Source: Ramazzottius varieornatus (taxonomy: Eukaryota; Animalia; Tardigrada). Taken from it: a stretch of 64,000 nt of DNA. The stretch spans positions 1,395,378 through 1,459,377 of the forward strand of contig BDGG01000014.1 of the NCBI GenBank assembly GCA_001949185.1, read 5' to 3'. Below are positions 39,842 through 54,100 of the stretch, in pieces (positions within the stretch are counted from its first letter, which is position 1; the number at the start of each line of letters is the position of its first letter). The translations under genes were made by a program, and so were the position numbers. The notes beneath the pieces are model-generated. The model was not told the origin of the DNA, ran no database searches, and was given only the letters and a program-made list of their open reading frames with translations.

Positions 39842-40411
39842 ATGTTTTCTTTCGGACGATTCTGCCAAAGCGTAGTGAATAGATGCATAGCTCAAGCCCA
39901 ACCGGCACAGGTACGGACATACAATCAGTATCCCAAGCGTTACTGGCTACACGACAAGCCTGCGGCGCAGGTGGCGGCTATTCCGGAGAAGAAGCCCTTC
40001 GAGCTAGTCCCCAGCCCCTTCAACCCCCCAACACGGCCCGACGCTCGAGCCATCCTGGCCCAGTACTATGCCGACTACCGATGCCTGACCAAGCTGCACC
40101 TCGGTCTTCCTCCCATACGACGTGGCTGGCGTTTCCCGCTGGTCGGTAAGCCACAATGCAAGGCCGTAGTGCTGAAGACGATGATCAAGAAGCCCAAGAA
40201 GCCCAACTCGGCTAACCGACGCTGTGTCCGCGTCCGACTGAGTACGGGCAAAGAAGCAACGGCTCACGTCCCGGGGGAAGGCCACAACCTGCAGGAACAC
40301 AGTGTGGTGCTGGTACAGAATGGTCGGACACAAGACTTGATTGGAGTGAAGCTGAAGGTGGTACGAGGCAAACTGGACTGCGCACCCGTCAAGAAGAAGA
40401 CAGCCTCCTAA
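39842..40411 (+). CDS. MRPS12: Mitochondrial ribosomal protein S12 (uS12m)
   Basis: [53 protein letters not shown], with a presequence-like N-terminus. Confidence 0.95.
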   Translation: MFSFGRFCQSVVNRCIAQAQPAQVRTYNQYPKRYWLHDKPAAQVAAIPEKKPFELVPSPFNPPTRPDARAILAQYYADYRCLTKLHLGLPPIRRGWRFPLVGKPQCKAVVLKTMIKKPKKPNSANRRCVRVRLSTGKEATAHVPGEGHNLQEHSVVLVQNGRTQDLIGVKLKVVRGKLDCAPVKKKTAS

Positions 40412-42732
40412 TCACTCTAACCTCGTGCCGTGGCGTGTATGTAAGTTTCTCCTACAGCTTCCCCATTTACTTTCATATCTTTCTATCTCGTGGTTGTCAG
40501 CCCGTCAACCGTGAACTTCTGAATACCTGGAGAGCAAAATTTGTTCCGTTACATACTAACGTTCTGTCAGACGTTAGCCACCGGAAGTGAAAGTACTTCC
40601 CCGAGCTTCAGCGTTGTATTAAGTCCATTGTAAAGTATATATGATTCACGATCTTCAGTTCCTTCGTTTTTATAAGGAAGTGGGAGGTCAAGGTCATGGC
40701 AGGAAAGTCCATCGCGTGGAGCCGTGCACACATCAGGGAGCGAACTAAATATGTAACAGTAGGTTGGGCCCGGCGCGCCATCTCACAGCAAGTTTTGCTG
40801 CGACGATTTGGTGCAGTATTGCAGGAGGCCGCTAGTTTCTTGTCTAATTTTTTATAGGCTTCTTAGGAGTGAGGATTGCCCGCTCGGCTGCTGGTTCGTT
40901 GGATATCGAAGACTGTAGCAAGGAGAATGTACGAGGCCGGTACGAGACCGAAGATAAAGGTACGTCTGTTACGTTAAAGTACTTCGCTGGACATAGTGAG
41001 TCGTACTGGTGAGCCGTGAGAACCGGTCGGAGGTGTAGGCAACCTGTGCGGTGATGAGGTTGACGGTGGCGTTAATCAGATGAAGCCGATGATGCCCATA
41101 TTGGGCTACTCGCTGTAGCCGACGTACGTTTCGACGGTGCGTATTAACGAGACTGAAAGAAGCTCTTAGTCGTATAACGGCGGTGGGTACATACGTAATC
41201 AAGTCAGCACCGTATATCGTCGGTTAAAGCGAGCTGCATGGTGGCTCTTGATAGCCAGACCATGGCCACCAGAAAGTGCCTACTGGACCGCGACTAAGTA
41301 CGCCCTATTCTCACCACACCAGCAGAGAAAAACCATCGTCAGAAACTCCACCGAAAAGAAACCAAAACAAATCTTTGCTCTTCGATCGAGGAAACAAAGT
41401 AGGTTTACTGAGGGAAATTAGCCTTGACATTCCATCAAATCGGCTTGCAAACCTAAGTTAAGTTAGTAGCATGGTGGATGTGCTGCGGAACTAGTTCAGC
41501 CGGCAGTGACTGGTGTTACCATAATTAATATTCCGCCCAGTCAAAGTGTTTATAAATTCCGTCCTTTGATTCACTTGATGAAAATACGATACGAGTACCG
41601 ACCGACCCCGGCAGTCGTATCGCCCTGCTTTACAGTCTGACCAGCTGAGCATGAGATTTTTGTCTTCTGAAAACATCCCCACTATCAACCTTCTGTCCAG
41701 CTGTCGATTAAAATTAAAGGAAGTGATGTAGGCTTGTGCTGCACTGTTTCGATTAGAGTAGCATGATCACGGTTCGGTCGTTTGAATGATACGAATACGA
41801 GCAAGGAGGTACTATGTGCCGACTACTTGCATACTGTAGTTGGCCGTGAGCCTGGTTCAAAAGGGTATGTAGGGGCATGAGGCTTATATCGGCCAGACGT
41901 ACGTGGACCGGTTAACGGCCATATTAAGACTGTACCATTGCCTTGCCGCACATTTCTTTTGACCGCGTTCGGTACACCCACTTTCCAGCATAGTATGGTG
42001 CTTTTCAATGAAATCATCGCCGTATGTTATGTACTGCCATGGCTAGAAACTCAGCGTAGTACAGCCGAGATAAATCGGAGTTAGTGAGGTTCGTAAAGGC
42101 GGTTTTTATTTTTAGAAAGCGAGCTGCAACAGATGGTTAGAATTAGTACTGCTGCCGTCGCTGCGGCTACTGTTGACCGTGCTGTCTTTTCCTTGTGGAT
42201 GGAAGACGAATTGAGTAGCCTGACGGTTGTATAAGATTTGTCATCTGGATGATATCTTCTGTGGGCTCTTCGTCTTCTTCTCGACGCTCTGTCTCTGCTG
42301 CGAAGGAAGAGTGAAGAAGAGAAGAAGTAAAAGTTCGCAGAGAGGCTGTTTGTAGCGTACTTGTCATTGATGAGAAGGATTCGTCTTGGATGATGAAGAA
42401 GAAGAAGCAGTGCTGGTAGCTGGAAATATCTCTTGTGTCTGTCAAGTCATATAGTCCGACGTCGTTACAGTGGGAAGGAGCAGGAAGCTCTGCTTGTCCA
42501 TTGCTCTCCTTCTACATCCTCCCCAGCATCTTTGCGTGCCATCTGGCAGTAACATCCTTCATCAGCAACATTGTTAGTTCTTTGTCGGACCTGATGTCAT
42601 CGGACAATGGCTGGATATAAAGTGTGCTGTTGATTTTTCTTGGAATATGCCGAATTGTTGGGCATAGTTGGGGGTTGCCATTTTTTGTAGTCTTGTCCTG
42701 CGAAAGTTGCTCAAAGAAATCTAGTGGTGGAA

Positions 42733-45700
42733 ATGGCTGCCGGCGAATGCAATTGGTTGAGCCGAAGGTCTTTCAGCTCCGTATTATGTTGGTTATTGCT
42801 GCAAATGCATATTGGCGGCTCGTGGGCCTTTAACTTGGACCTGAGTAATGCGGTGACCCACCAAGGGCAGGCCGGCTCCATGTTCGGCTTTACTGTCCTT
42901 CAGTACTCCGACCGTGGACGTCTTTCGTAAGTCTATCCCTGTCATATCTCTTCTTAATTTCCTCGTGCTGAAAGTCTGCTTTTTTCGTTTGTAGGTTGTT
43001 GGTGGGAGCACCGGAAGCGCAGACGAACCAGGAGAACGTGGTGCGAGGCGGTGCCGTCTTCAAGTGTTCCATTACGCAAGCCGGCGTTTGCGAGGAAGTG
43101 GTCTTTGACGCCAAAGGTGCGCTATCCTCAGACCGTCTGTCGGCCAAGTGTCCATCATCTATCCTCTTAAAATGCTCAAATACATAATCTTGAGCTGGAT
43201 ATAGCTTGTAATCGTGCGGCAGATTAGACTGAGCCTGTCTGTCTTGAGCGTAACATTTCATCTGCAGGACACAATGCGGCCTTCAATACCATGACGAACC
43301 AGCTGGAACCCTACGACGACAAGTCCAACCAATGGTTTGGAGCCACCATGACCAGTTCGGTGGCGGAAGACGGCATTGTGGCGGTGAGTTCGTCGATTAT
43401 AATATTGTAGGAGAAGTCGTGGACTGTTGCGTGATGACCACCATCTTAATTCCCAGGCATTGATTCACGGTTATGGCGCTTTATTAGCCACTAATACCAT
43501 AGTATCAAGTCAGGATGGCACACATGTGTCAAGCAGACCATAATGGCAGCCTTTCTCTGCTCCAACAATGACTGTCCGCATTATGTTGATGTCATGATGT
43601 TTAGGCTCAGGCAATTGATTATACTCGCGAGTCGAGACAATATGCGGCAACTGCACGATGACGCCGGCTTTGATTTATCAAGAATTTAGAAACAAAACGC
43701 TCTGAAAACACAGAAGGCCAATTTCCCTTCCTTGTTGGCACTTTTGGGAGAGAAAGCTCTTGATGATATGTAATCACTGATTAGAGCAATTGACAGCTCG
43801 TAAAAGACAAGTGTCATCCATGATTGCCCACCTTTCAAGTTGTATACTAGCTTCTTGTAGGATCTACAGGCAAGACCTGCTCGTTTTGCATGACACAGGG
43901 TGCCGCATTGGAAAGAGAGACCGGAAACTCATGTTTGGATGCCGTAGAAATCTATTTTTGTTAAGGCCGAACTGCAATAATGATGAGGTTATTTCTGTGT
44001 CGGACGAAGGGCTACTAAAAATTTCTGAACGTGGGAAACGTGGGGAAAATAGCGTGAAGGGGTAATGTGCATGGCTTGACTTTAAAGTCATTAGCCCACT
44101 GACATGATGCCGGCGTCAGGGAAGAGGGGGATTGATAATAATGGCGGACATTTTTGGGCTGTTGTGATGGCTGGTCATTGAGTAATGGCTCGATGCTGTC
44201 TTTTTACAATATTATGGTGTGAGATGCGACCATGGGTGGGCGTTTTTGCGTGGCCGCTCCATCTCAACTTCACTTTCCCTCCTTCTAGCGGACAGATCTC
44301 GTTTAGCTTTATCCACAACTACCCCATCATCAACTAGTTGCTTTTTCTACCTGCAGCTCTTTAAGTTAACTAACCAAACAGGCCACTGCACTTCTTTCTA
44401 TTAATGATGTCCATCCACCAAAATGCCAGAAGAAAAGCCAGTTCGGCCTTTGCGTGTAAGATGGCGCGATATGTGTGTCAGGCAGGTTTTCCGTCATTAC
44501 TACTTAATGATATGGTGGCACTTCTGTTTGCCTCACAAGAGTCGTGACCATTATGCCAAGTGCTTATTTGATATCCCACATAGTCACGTTATGCTCCTTA
44601 CACTCTAATATTACGATCTTTTACGCTAAGCACCAACTTCAAATTCATGTTAGGATGTCCATTTGTGCAGTTGGAGCTCCCGATGAAGATAAGAAAAAAG
44701 TCTACAATATCTTGTTTGGCAGTTTTCAAGATTTGACAAGTTCTTGGTGTTATTGATGGTGATCGCTGGGCACCTTCATACAATGGTGCAAAGCATGTGA
44801 TGTTGAGTGCTAGCCGATGTCTTTTATAAGCAATGAGTAAGTCGATGGCGTTTGATCAGACACCAAAAGCGACTTTTCCTTATACGTCCTTCCGACTGGC
44901 TTTTCATGTAGTAATGGTGAATTGCCTGCCGCGCCTTCGGTGTAGGTATTTCTTCTTCAATGATCACACCGTTGTAAAGGTAGAAAGGTTTCCACAAAGT
45001 TTCCTTGGTCGGGTCCATGGGAGACATTTGAGGGAAATCTTAACGTAATCGTCGTTTCTAAATCTTCTGGACAAGTTCTGACTACCCGGTAGAAAGTCTT
45101 TGAACAGCGAACCGCGCTTTGTGGAATGAGATCAATGCAGAAACCTGCATGAAGACGTCGGCAAAATTGGCTGTTAATAGTGGTTGTGGGGTTGCAGGTT
45201 TTTAGACCTTTAGCTAGTGTGAGACGTCTGTTTATCAGCATCTTTTGGTATACATGCAGAGTGATATCATGTTGATGCGTGTGAACTGTAGGTTTGCGCG
45301 CCACGCTATGTTTACTTTTCGCCCAACTTTCAAAAGCGTGAGCCGACCGGCACGTGCTATGTGGCCACCAAGTCACTGCAGTCCTTTGCTGAATACTCAC
45401 CTTGTCGCTCCAGTAAGTCCCCTTCCACTGCATCTATGCTCCCTCCATTGTTTGTTGTACAGAGGTGATGTATTTCATGTATAATTTGCAGGCGCTGGTT
45501 CTTCGGGATACCATCAACAGGGCAGCTGTCAAGGCGGCTTTTCGGCCTCCATCTCCAGGGTAAGCTGGATGAGCTTTCTTCCATGTTGTTGTATATGTGA
45601 GTGGAAGAAGGTCTGTGCTGGGCAGGATGGTAGTCGTTTCTTCATGGGGGCTCCCGGGACGTGGTACTGGCAGGGACAAGTTCACTCGCAGTCACTCAGC

Positions 45701-48700
45701 GAGACGGCGGACCTTCTCAACACCGTCGAAGGTCCTCCCTCCCACGACGACAGCTATTTGGGTTACTCCACAGCTGTCGGCGAGTTCACCGGCGACAGAC
45801 AGGACGACATCGCTGTGGGCATGCCCCGTGGATATAATCTCACTGGCGCTGTAAGTTGTCTCAACTTCTTCCCACTATTTGACAACGAGCCGGGACAATC
45901 ATCTTGATGGTTGTTGTAGGTAATTCTCTTTGACGGGCAGTTGCGGAATCTGCTGAATTTGTCGGGTGAAGAGATGGGCAGCTATTTTGGCTATGCCGTT
46001 TCCGTTGGTGACATTAACGGTGACAAGTACGTTCCTTGCCTTAGATCGTCGTACATTCTTTGGGATAACGATGGGCATTCCGTGGTCTGTTAATGAGATG
46101 ACGACTTGCTTGACGCTTTGCAGACTGGATGACTTGGTGGTTGGCGCACCACTCTTTACCAACTTTAGCTCCAATGACAACTCCATCGAACGAGGCAGAG
46201 TTTACGTCTTTTACCAGAAATCATCGGTAAAGAAGGACGGCCATTATTCTCCTCAAAGTGCCTATACTGACTGATTTCTGCTTTGCAGCATCAGTTTTCT
46301 CGGGCCGATGTCATGACGGGAGAGTTTAACCGCGGACGACTGGGCATGTCGGTGGCAGCCGTTGGCGACCTCAATCTGGACGGCTATGGAGGTTGGTTGC
46401 CTACGGCCTACCTCCTCCACTGAAATGTCATATCAGGTGATTGTAGACATTGCTGCTGGTGCTCCGTATGGCGGCGAAGAAGGCAGCGGCATGGTCTACA
46501 TTTTCATGGGTGGCCGCGGCGGCGTCATCACCAAAGCCGCCCAAGCCATCGCAGCTCGGCAGCTTGGCCCTGCATTGTCGACCTTTGGATGGTCCTTGTC
46601 GGGCGGCATCGACATGGATGGCAACCAGTACCCAGGTATGACACCTAGCGTATATACGGCTTGACCTGAAGGACCTTGGGATGGGCTTTCTTCTGCAGAC
46701 GTGGTGGTGGGTGCTTACAAGTCGGACCAAGCTGTCGTCCTCAGATCGCGACCGGTCGTCGTCGTCACTGCTTTGCTGGATATGCCCACGACGGTCAACC
46801 TCGAGCAGCAAGGAAACTGCATACTAAAGAACGGCACTCGTGTCAACTGGTACGCTCCACTGCTCTTTGCAAGTGTTCTTTACCGCAGACTAAATGAATA
46901 AATCAACCTTGTCGGAAAGATGGCTTCTTCATGTTTGTAGCTTTGTGCTAAACACATTCGTTCAGTATACGGGCATCAATGTGCCCGACAACTTGGCCAT
47001 CGAAGTGGAGACCATTCTGGATTCGGGGTCGGCAGCACCGCGAGCCTTCTTCCAGAAGCAGGAAGGTGTCAGCCGGATGAATGTGACGTACGAGCTGGGC
47101 AAGAACCAGCAACGCAACAACAGCCAATACATCTACATTCCCGTATGCCAGCTCTCTTGTTGCCACTTACTGCTGTCTTTTGTCTGTCGTTTTGTCTAAA
47201 GCTGCTGCCTTGCAGAACTCTTTCCGTGATAAGCTAAACCCCATCAAGATGGAGGCGCGCTACCGCATCCTGGACGAGACGGTTCTGTCGCGACCACGAC
47301 GAGAAGCCATCACGCCCATCCTGGATCAGCTCAACTCCACCATGGTCAGCAAGAGTATCCGCATCGGTAATAAGTGTGGTCCAGACAATGTCTGCTATCC
47401 GGCGTTGAGGCTGTCGGCTGGCGAGAGTACGGGCATGAAAGAGTACGTTTTGGGTCGGTCCGAGCCGCTGACCATCGAGGTGCAAGTCAGCAACGAAGGG
47501 GAGGACTCCTTCGAGACCATGTTCTACCTCCATCTACCGCTGGGGGTGGACTATGTCAAGATGCAACAGACGGGCGGCACTCAGAATGTCGCCGTCACCT
47601 GTACACATCGCGGTGGCAGTCGCCAGCCGACAACGGCCAGCCTGCAGGGCAGCGAGAACGTCGTCATGTGCGACATTGGCAACCCCTTCTCCACCGGCCA
47701 GAAGGCTCGCTTCACCCTCTTCCTGGCACCCATCGTCTCTCAACTGTCACTGGACAATACTCTCAACTTCACCGCCACCGTCAACAGTTCCAACCCCGAA
47801 AGGCTGCCCAGCCGCAACCGACAAGTCCTCTTCCGCTTGCCCCTTTTCGCCGAAGCGCAGCTCTCCCTTACCGGGTATCTGACCATTCATCTTCCGTTTC
47901 TTGGCAGCTTTCCTTAGATGTACATCTATTTGTATAGGGCCTCGATCCCGCCCGCAGTGCGCTACTGTATCGACTGCAAGACGCCCAGCAAGTTTGCCGA
48001 CGAGTCGCAGGTTGGCCCGGAAGTCAAGCATGTCTTCCAGGTAAAGCTTTCAGCTGCATCCTTCTTACAGCTTATCCTGGCCTATACCTCTCTTCTGTCT
48101 ATGTAGATTTACAACAAAGGTCCTAGCACGATGGAAACGGGACAAGTGCGCATTATCTGGCCATCGTATACGCGTGACCGCATGCCTTTGCTGTACCTGC
48201 TGGAGGAGCCCTATGTTGAAGGCAATGCTCGTTGCCAGAAAGTGCCTGTCAACTTGGCCGACGTTGTGGTAAGAGAGCCCTTACTCCACACTGCTGTTGG
48301 TCAAAGACTTGTAAGTGGTGCAATGTCTCTTACGGCTGCAGATCCAGAGGAACTCGACGATGGAGCAACAAAAGAGCCGAGTGATCGCCACGGGATCGAC
48401 CATGACTGTTCAGCCGCTTGCTGGGCCGACATCATCCAGCACTGGTCAAGCTGTGGGCGCTGGCTCAGCTCGTCGTCAACGCCAAGCCTCAGCCCTAACC
48501 ATGGCCGACTTTATCGACGATGTCTTCGATCAGCCAGCCATTGATCGCCCCAAACGAGCCGAACTCTTGACAAACTCCGACACTGCGCGCATCGACTGGC
48601 TGGATCCACAAAAGGTACTGGACAGCCTTTCCGCTGTCGCCGACATGCAATAGTCTGACATGCCCTGCTGTCTTTAAGGCTTGTGGAGCATCAGACTGCA

Positions 48701-49606
48701 CCATCATTACCTGTGACATTGGACGCTTGATGGAACGGGAGCACGTTGTCATTACGCTTCGTTCGCGCCTGTGGGAAGACAGTCTGCGCAAGCTGCAGTT
48801 TGGCGACCTCAGCATCTCCTCGCGAGCCATCGTCCAAGTGCAGACACTGACGCAAGGCATTCGTCCCCGCTCACACCAGTACGCTTCCGAAGTGGTAAGT
48901 CTCTTGATGGTGATGACAAGTCGATGACCGTTAACTGCTTTGGCCTTGGAAGGTGGTGACCAAAGTGGAGCCATCGCCGCCCACTCCCGTCATTGCCGGC
49001 TGGGAATGGTGGATGATCCTGCTGGGAGTTCTCATCGGCCTCCTCCTCCTTGTCCTTCTCATGTTGCTGTGCTGGAAGGTATGGCTAGTGGCTCCATGTC
49101 AAACTGCCAGACTAAGCAGTATACCTGAAGTGCTGTGTTTGCAGTGTGGCTTCTTCAAGCGGAAGCGACCAGAGCGAGGCGCTGTCGTTGCTGCCCCTAC
49201 CAGCAGCGCCACCTACCGCGACAGCAAAACGGCCTACTCTCGAGTCGATACCAGCGGCGATGAGGCTTACCTTCGAAGCCCTCCCGCCGGTACCATCATG
49301 GCCAGCACCAACATGACCGCCACCAACGTCACCGCCAACGGCAATGGGAATGGCTATAGCCGCAATGGAGACAGTCGCAACGGCCACAGCCGCAACGTCA
49401 TGGCTGCTAGCGGGGCGACCAACAGCACCTCTACACCTTATTATGCTTATCGATATGACTATGCCGACAACAAGTACTATCCCGAGAAGGCACCAGGCAA
49501 GCACTTGACAACTTGTACAGCACAGCTAACTTTTGTGCGGCCAGTACGGCCGACCCATCCCTGGAAACACGTTCGCTTCCGTTGTGTCAGTGGCACCGAA
49601 GTTTAA
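42733..49606 (+). CDS. Integrin alpha subunit, RGD-binding class (alphaPS2/PAT-2/alphaV-like), ~17 exons
   Basis: Signal peptide + FNLD, FG-GAP repeats (SMFGF, LLVGAP, QWFGA, CAPRY, CQGGFS, GAPGTWYWQG, GDINGD, DLNLDG, DMDGNQYPD), CDIGNP, a TM segment and KCGFFKR. Confidence 0.95.
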
Positions 49607-51196
49607 TAACCACCACTACCTGACATATTTTGTGTTTATTCTGATGAATAAAGTCTATGCTATCATATCAGTTCGTTTTCTTTATATACAATTAATCGCC
49701 TTGATTTCATCAAGTTGATTTAATCAGTTGTTGGCCGTGTTTCATTTGGTATTTGGTATTTTGGTTTAGGTGATGCGTACTTGTGATGACCGGAATTGTT
49801 TCCTTCTTTGGACTTCGCTGTGCATTTCGGTTTTGGTTCCTTTCGTTCCTCTCTGATGGAAAGCGTGCCTTTGTTGAACACGGAAGTGTCTTCTCCCCTG
49901 TTGGCCTGGCACCATCAAAGACTGCGTCCATCCCAACAAACCTTGAGTCGTCTTGCGACTTTTAGTGACGAAAAGCTCTTCTCATTGTACCAGTTGCCTA
50001 ATCTCGATGACCATTTTTGTACTTAACACAAAACTCTCTTCATCCTTTTGATACCAGTCTTACGCAACATACTGTATAGTACTTTCACTGTGGCGAAGTA
50101 CGCCGTCTTGTTTCTGACTCCCCCCACTAGAGACTCACAAATCTTTACGTCGTTATTTTTTAAATTTCGCCATATAATCGCATAATATTGTACTAACGAA
50201 TGTACGGACGGAATTCAAAAGAACATACGGATGGCCACAGCTCGAAGTTTTTGTCGGCAGACTGGCGGAATGCCTGTGGTCGCTCGATTCCCGCCAATGG
50301 GGCCAAATGGGGCCCGCTGGGGGAGGTACGAGACCTGGGCTCCGCCTCTTTTGGTGTATACTATCGTGACGACGTCAACCGCTTTATCGGGGTTGTAATT
50401 TGTAAACACTGAGCAGATCCATATTCCCTAATCTTGACTCCTGAACCCTGATAACTTCAGAGGATGTGAGCCTTTCGTTGAAATGGTGTCTCCATTTATC
50501 CTTTCCAGGAGCGTGTGCTAGAGTTATGGAAGCTGCAACAGTTTGTGCCGAAGGATGTCGAAGTGCGCCGATCGAAGAATGTATTTCTGAACACAAGGTG
50601 TCAACTGGCTTTTTCTGACAGCGGTCCAGCGAGGGACAAAGCTAGCTCAAGAGAGCGCTCCGTTTGTCTTCTTCTCTTCGGTAACAGGAATCTCGTCTCA
50701 GGGAGCATCCAGGTACTATGGGGTGTTCTGTTGTCATACTCACGATGACCAGAACTTCTGGATCCAGAGTTCGCAATGTACGTTAAAGCTCAGATGGAAA
50801 TTTTACTGCTGCTCTTGGTTCTGCTAATATCTGTCTTTGTTTTAAATCTCTGATAAAGCTTGCAGTATCATGAAGAATGTTTGAAGGCACCGTGGGGACA
50901 AGAAGAAAAGAAAAGAAATCTTTGGAGCAATTCGTCATCATAAGAAGTGATGTGCTGAAGTGCTCCATGCAGTCAAGCTTCATTAAGGATTTTTGCCGAT
51001 CTCCACGTTGACCATTTCCTATCGCACCCTACAAAGAAAATGTCTGCCAGAAGAAGAAGGCAAGTCAGACGTTTCACACTGAAATGTGTTTTTACCTGGA
51101 TCAGTTGAGTCGGTGGAAGACGTATCATTGATGGCGTTCTCTTGACCTATTACAAATTGGAAAGACTTGGAAGGAAAGTGGGAGGTAGGTAGGTGG

Positions 51197-54100
51197 TTAA
51201 CTGGCCGGTCGACCACGCATGCTTTCGGGATTGAGATTGAGGTAGTAGCCCCAGTAGACGACGTTAAAGAGGAGGAAAGCCAGTGGATAGAGCCATCTGG
51301 CGTAAATGTCGATTCGCTTGGCTCGGTCCTTGGCCGTTTCCGCCGTGGCCATGCACTGGCATCGACATAGCTTCTTTCTCCTAGGCTGGACGGCGGCTAG
51401 AGCGCCGCCATTGGGCGCTAGCGGTGAAGAAGCCTTCTTGCCCTCGTCGTTGATGGGTGACTCCATGTCGATGGGGTTGTACATGACACCCGGACTGGTC
51501 GGAGGGCCGAAGTTGGTCTTGCACGAAGCGTCCGAACGCTGGAAGAAAGTAGGTACGATGATGCTAAGTTAGTGATGGAAAAAGGAGGGGTACACACTAG
51601 TATCCATATAGGTTCAGAGACGGCAGAATCCGAGCGGTCTTTGATACGCTGAGGCGCTGGGTGGCGCGAGAAGTCGGGGCTGCTGACATGGCCGACGGTG
51701 TGGTGCAGAGCGCTCAGCTCGTGCAGTTGCACTTCCGGTGAGCCACCGTTGACTAAGCGATGCTTGACGCAGTTGGGACTGTGGTGTTGGGAAGCCATCA
51801 TCTCGGAGGGAGGGCGCTGTGAGAAAGTGGAGGGGCGACTGGCGCGGTTCTTGCTGTTCTGCGAACTGTTGCGAGCCGAAGCGGCAGCACCAGGGATGGG
51901 CCGTCGCGACACGACGCAGACCAGCACGTAGTGCCATAACGTCGAAAAGACAAAAAAGGTACAGGCCAACATCCAAATATCGATAGCCTATCATCATCAC
52001 TCATTTAGTCTTCTTTCTGGCATTGCAGACCGGAGTCAAAATCATTCTGAAGGAGCTTACTTTGACGTAACTGACTGGCGGTAACCCCACTTTCGCACCA
52101 CTGTTCAACTAGGAACCATAAAACTTTCATAAATATCACTTCCAGAAACTTGTATTATGCCTTGATATTCTTGCTCAGCAGTTCGATCATTAATGGGGAG
52201 GTTGATATCGAACTTGATTAGCGTAGCGAGCTTGATTTGAGCAGGAATTAGCCAATCAAGATGGGGCATGTGGGTGGAGCCGAATCACTTGAACTAACTA
52301 CGCTAATCCATACCTGATTCTTGATTAAGACATGTGGACCGCTAATCCAGTGAGCAATGAGTTTGAGTAGCTTTGTGACCAAGCTTTTCTGCGGCCATTT
52401 CTTTCCAAGACTCTTCCCAAATTTTAGAGTATTTCATAAGATATCTCGATGAAGTGCCAACTGCTGTTCTAACTGTGTCTTTCGAGGCCTGACATCGCTC
52501 ATGGGTTGTTCTTCAAACTACACCCATAACTGCACGCTTGACTGCGGCTTTTATATCGGACAAAACATTGAAAATTATCATTGTAACTGTGAGTGTGACT
52601 GTAGCTTTGGGAAATCATACGAAACTTCACGTTTAACTGTGGCTTTATACAAAAGACACTGTTTCTTCGACTGCAGCTTTAACCACTTTTTCAATTTTAC
52701 TTTACCTTTAACTGTGACTATTCTCAGAGAATAGAAGTTGATGACTGATCCGGTTCGGCTTTCAGAACCACAACCGACAATCTCTCATACCCGTTTGCCA
52801 ATTTGAATCCGGAGTTTTGTTCAGTTTGATATCTCGATCTGAACTAATCTTCGCAAAATGGTGCTTGTTTTGCAAATGCTCCCGGAAAACTTACGCTAAT
52901 CGCGGGCTTCGATTAGCGAGTCTCAATCTCTCGTGATTAGAGCAAGGAGTGGGGGTTGCAAATCACCAGCACTAATCAGATATCCTACGCTAGTCAAGTT
53001 TGATATCAACCTCCCTAATGCTCTTGATCAATGAGCAAAGTTTTCCAATAATTCAGTATTCTATTTTGTCAGGTCTGCAGTTGGGACGCCGAAACTCAGA
53101 AAATCGTTGGACGATGCAGGACTTTACAAACGAGCGGCGCAACGTTAAGGACTGGGTGTTGGCGGACTCCAGCAAGGAGGAGCGAAAGTCGAGAATTCAA
53201 GGTGAGATAAGCTGTAGGTGGCGCTATGTGCTTACCGTAATCATGGTCAGGAAGGTAGTAATACCCAGGGAAACGCGGGCCGGAATGGCGGCAGCTTCCA
53301 AGAAGAAACTAACCCAGGAAATGGTGACAATCAGAACAGTGGGCAAATAAGTTTGGATCAGATGATGGCCAAAGTTCCGCTTGAATTTGAAATGGACACG
53401 AAGGCAGGGGTAATATCCTGTTGATATAGACAGACAAACAGAGCTTTAAAGAAGGGAGGCGGTATTCCTTGCAAAGGAAGGGATTTAATTACCGTCTGGG
53501 TACTTGTCTTCCGATTCTTCCGTCCATTTGTCGGCTAGGGTAAACTGATTGAGATCCTCGGTGGAACCGTAGGTGATGGCTTCTTCCGTCCAGTGAAACT
53601 TGAGATGGCTGGTTGTGTAGGCATCTGAAGAGATAGAGGTTTTTGTCCAGCTATATAATGCTTTGGCGACATCGAAGGGCGGAAGAGGCAATCGGACAAG
53701 TTAGCCCACGTTTCACTTACAGGAAGCCAGGTGTAGGTGACAGACTTGCGTATCGACGGGATACATGCCGAAATGCATTTCACAGGCTAGTTTGGCTGTG
53801 ATTCTGCAAGGCATAAAATCATCATTTGGGTGCCTTCATTGGCGTGATCAGGGAGAAGCCGAAGATGTGGCACTATACCAACCTTGCACTGTACATGACG
53901 TTCCCATCGTGATCAATATAGACCAATCTGAAAGTACGGCCAGAATTTAGCCAACATTACATACACTGAGCTGGATGTGTTTTCCGTTTGAGGATGGATG
54001 GCGGACCGACCTGTTTGGAGTGGTGACTTCGTGGAAGTTGGCTACAACAAAAGCTAGGGTTAAAGCGCACTGTACGGCTGGTGATAATTATGGCGCGTTT

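Noticed and set aside
39842-40411. S12 as a bacterial rpsL contaminant or transferred gene
   Set aside because: It has a long presequence-like extension, a splice acceptor before the ATG and no str operon neighbours, which fits nuclear MRPS12.
53800-54041. Apparent frameshift in the Cys-loop channel extracellular domain
   Set aside because: Resolved by an earlier donor (AAC AG|gtcggt) and a small exon encoding LVYIDHDGNVMYSAR; the phases then match.
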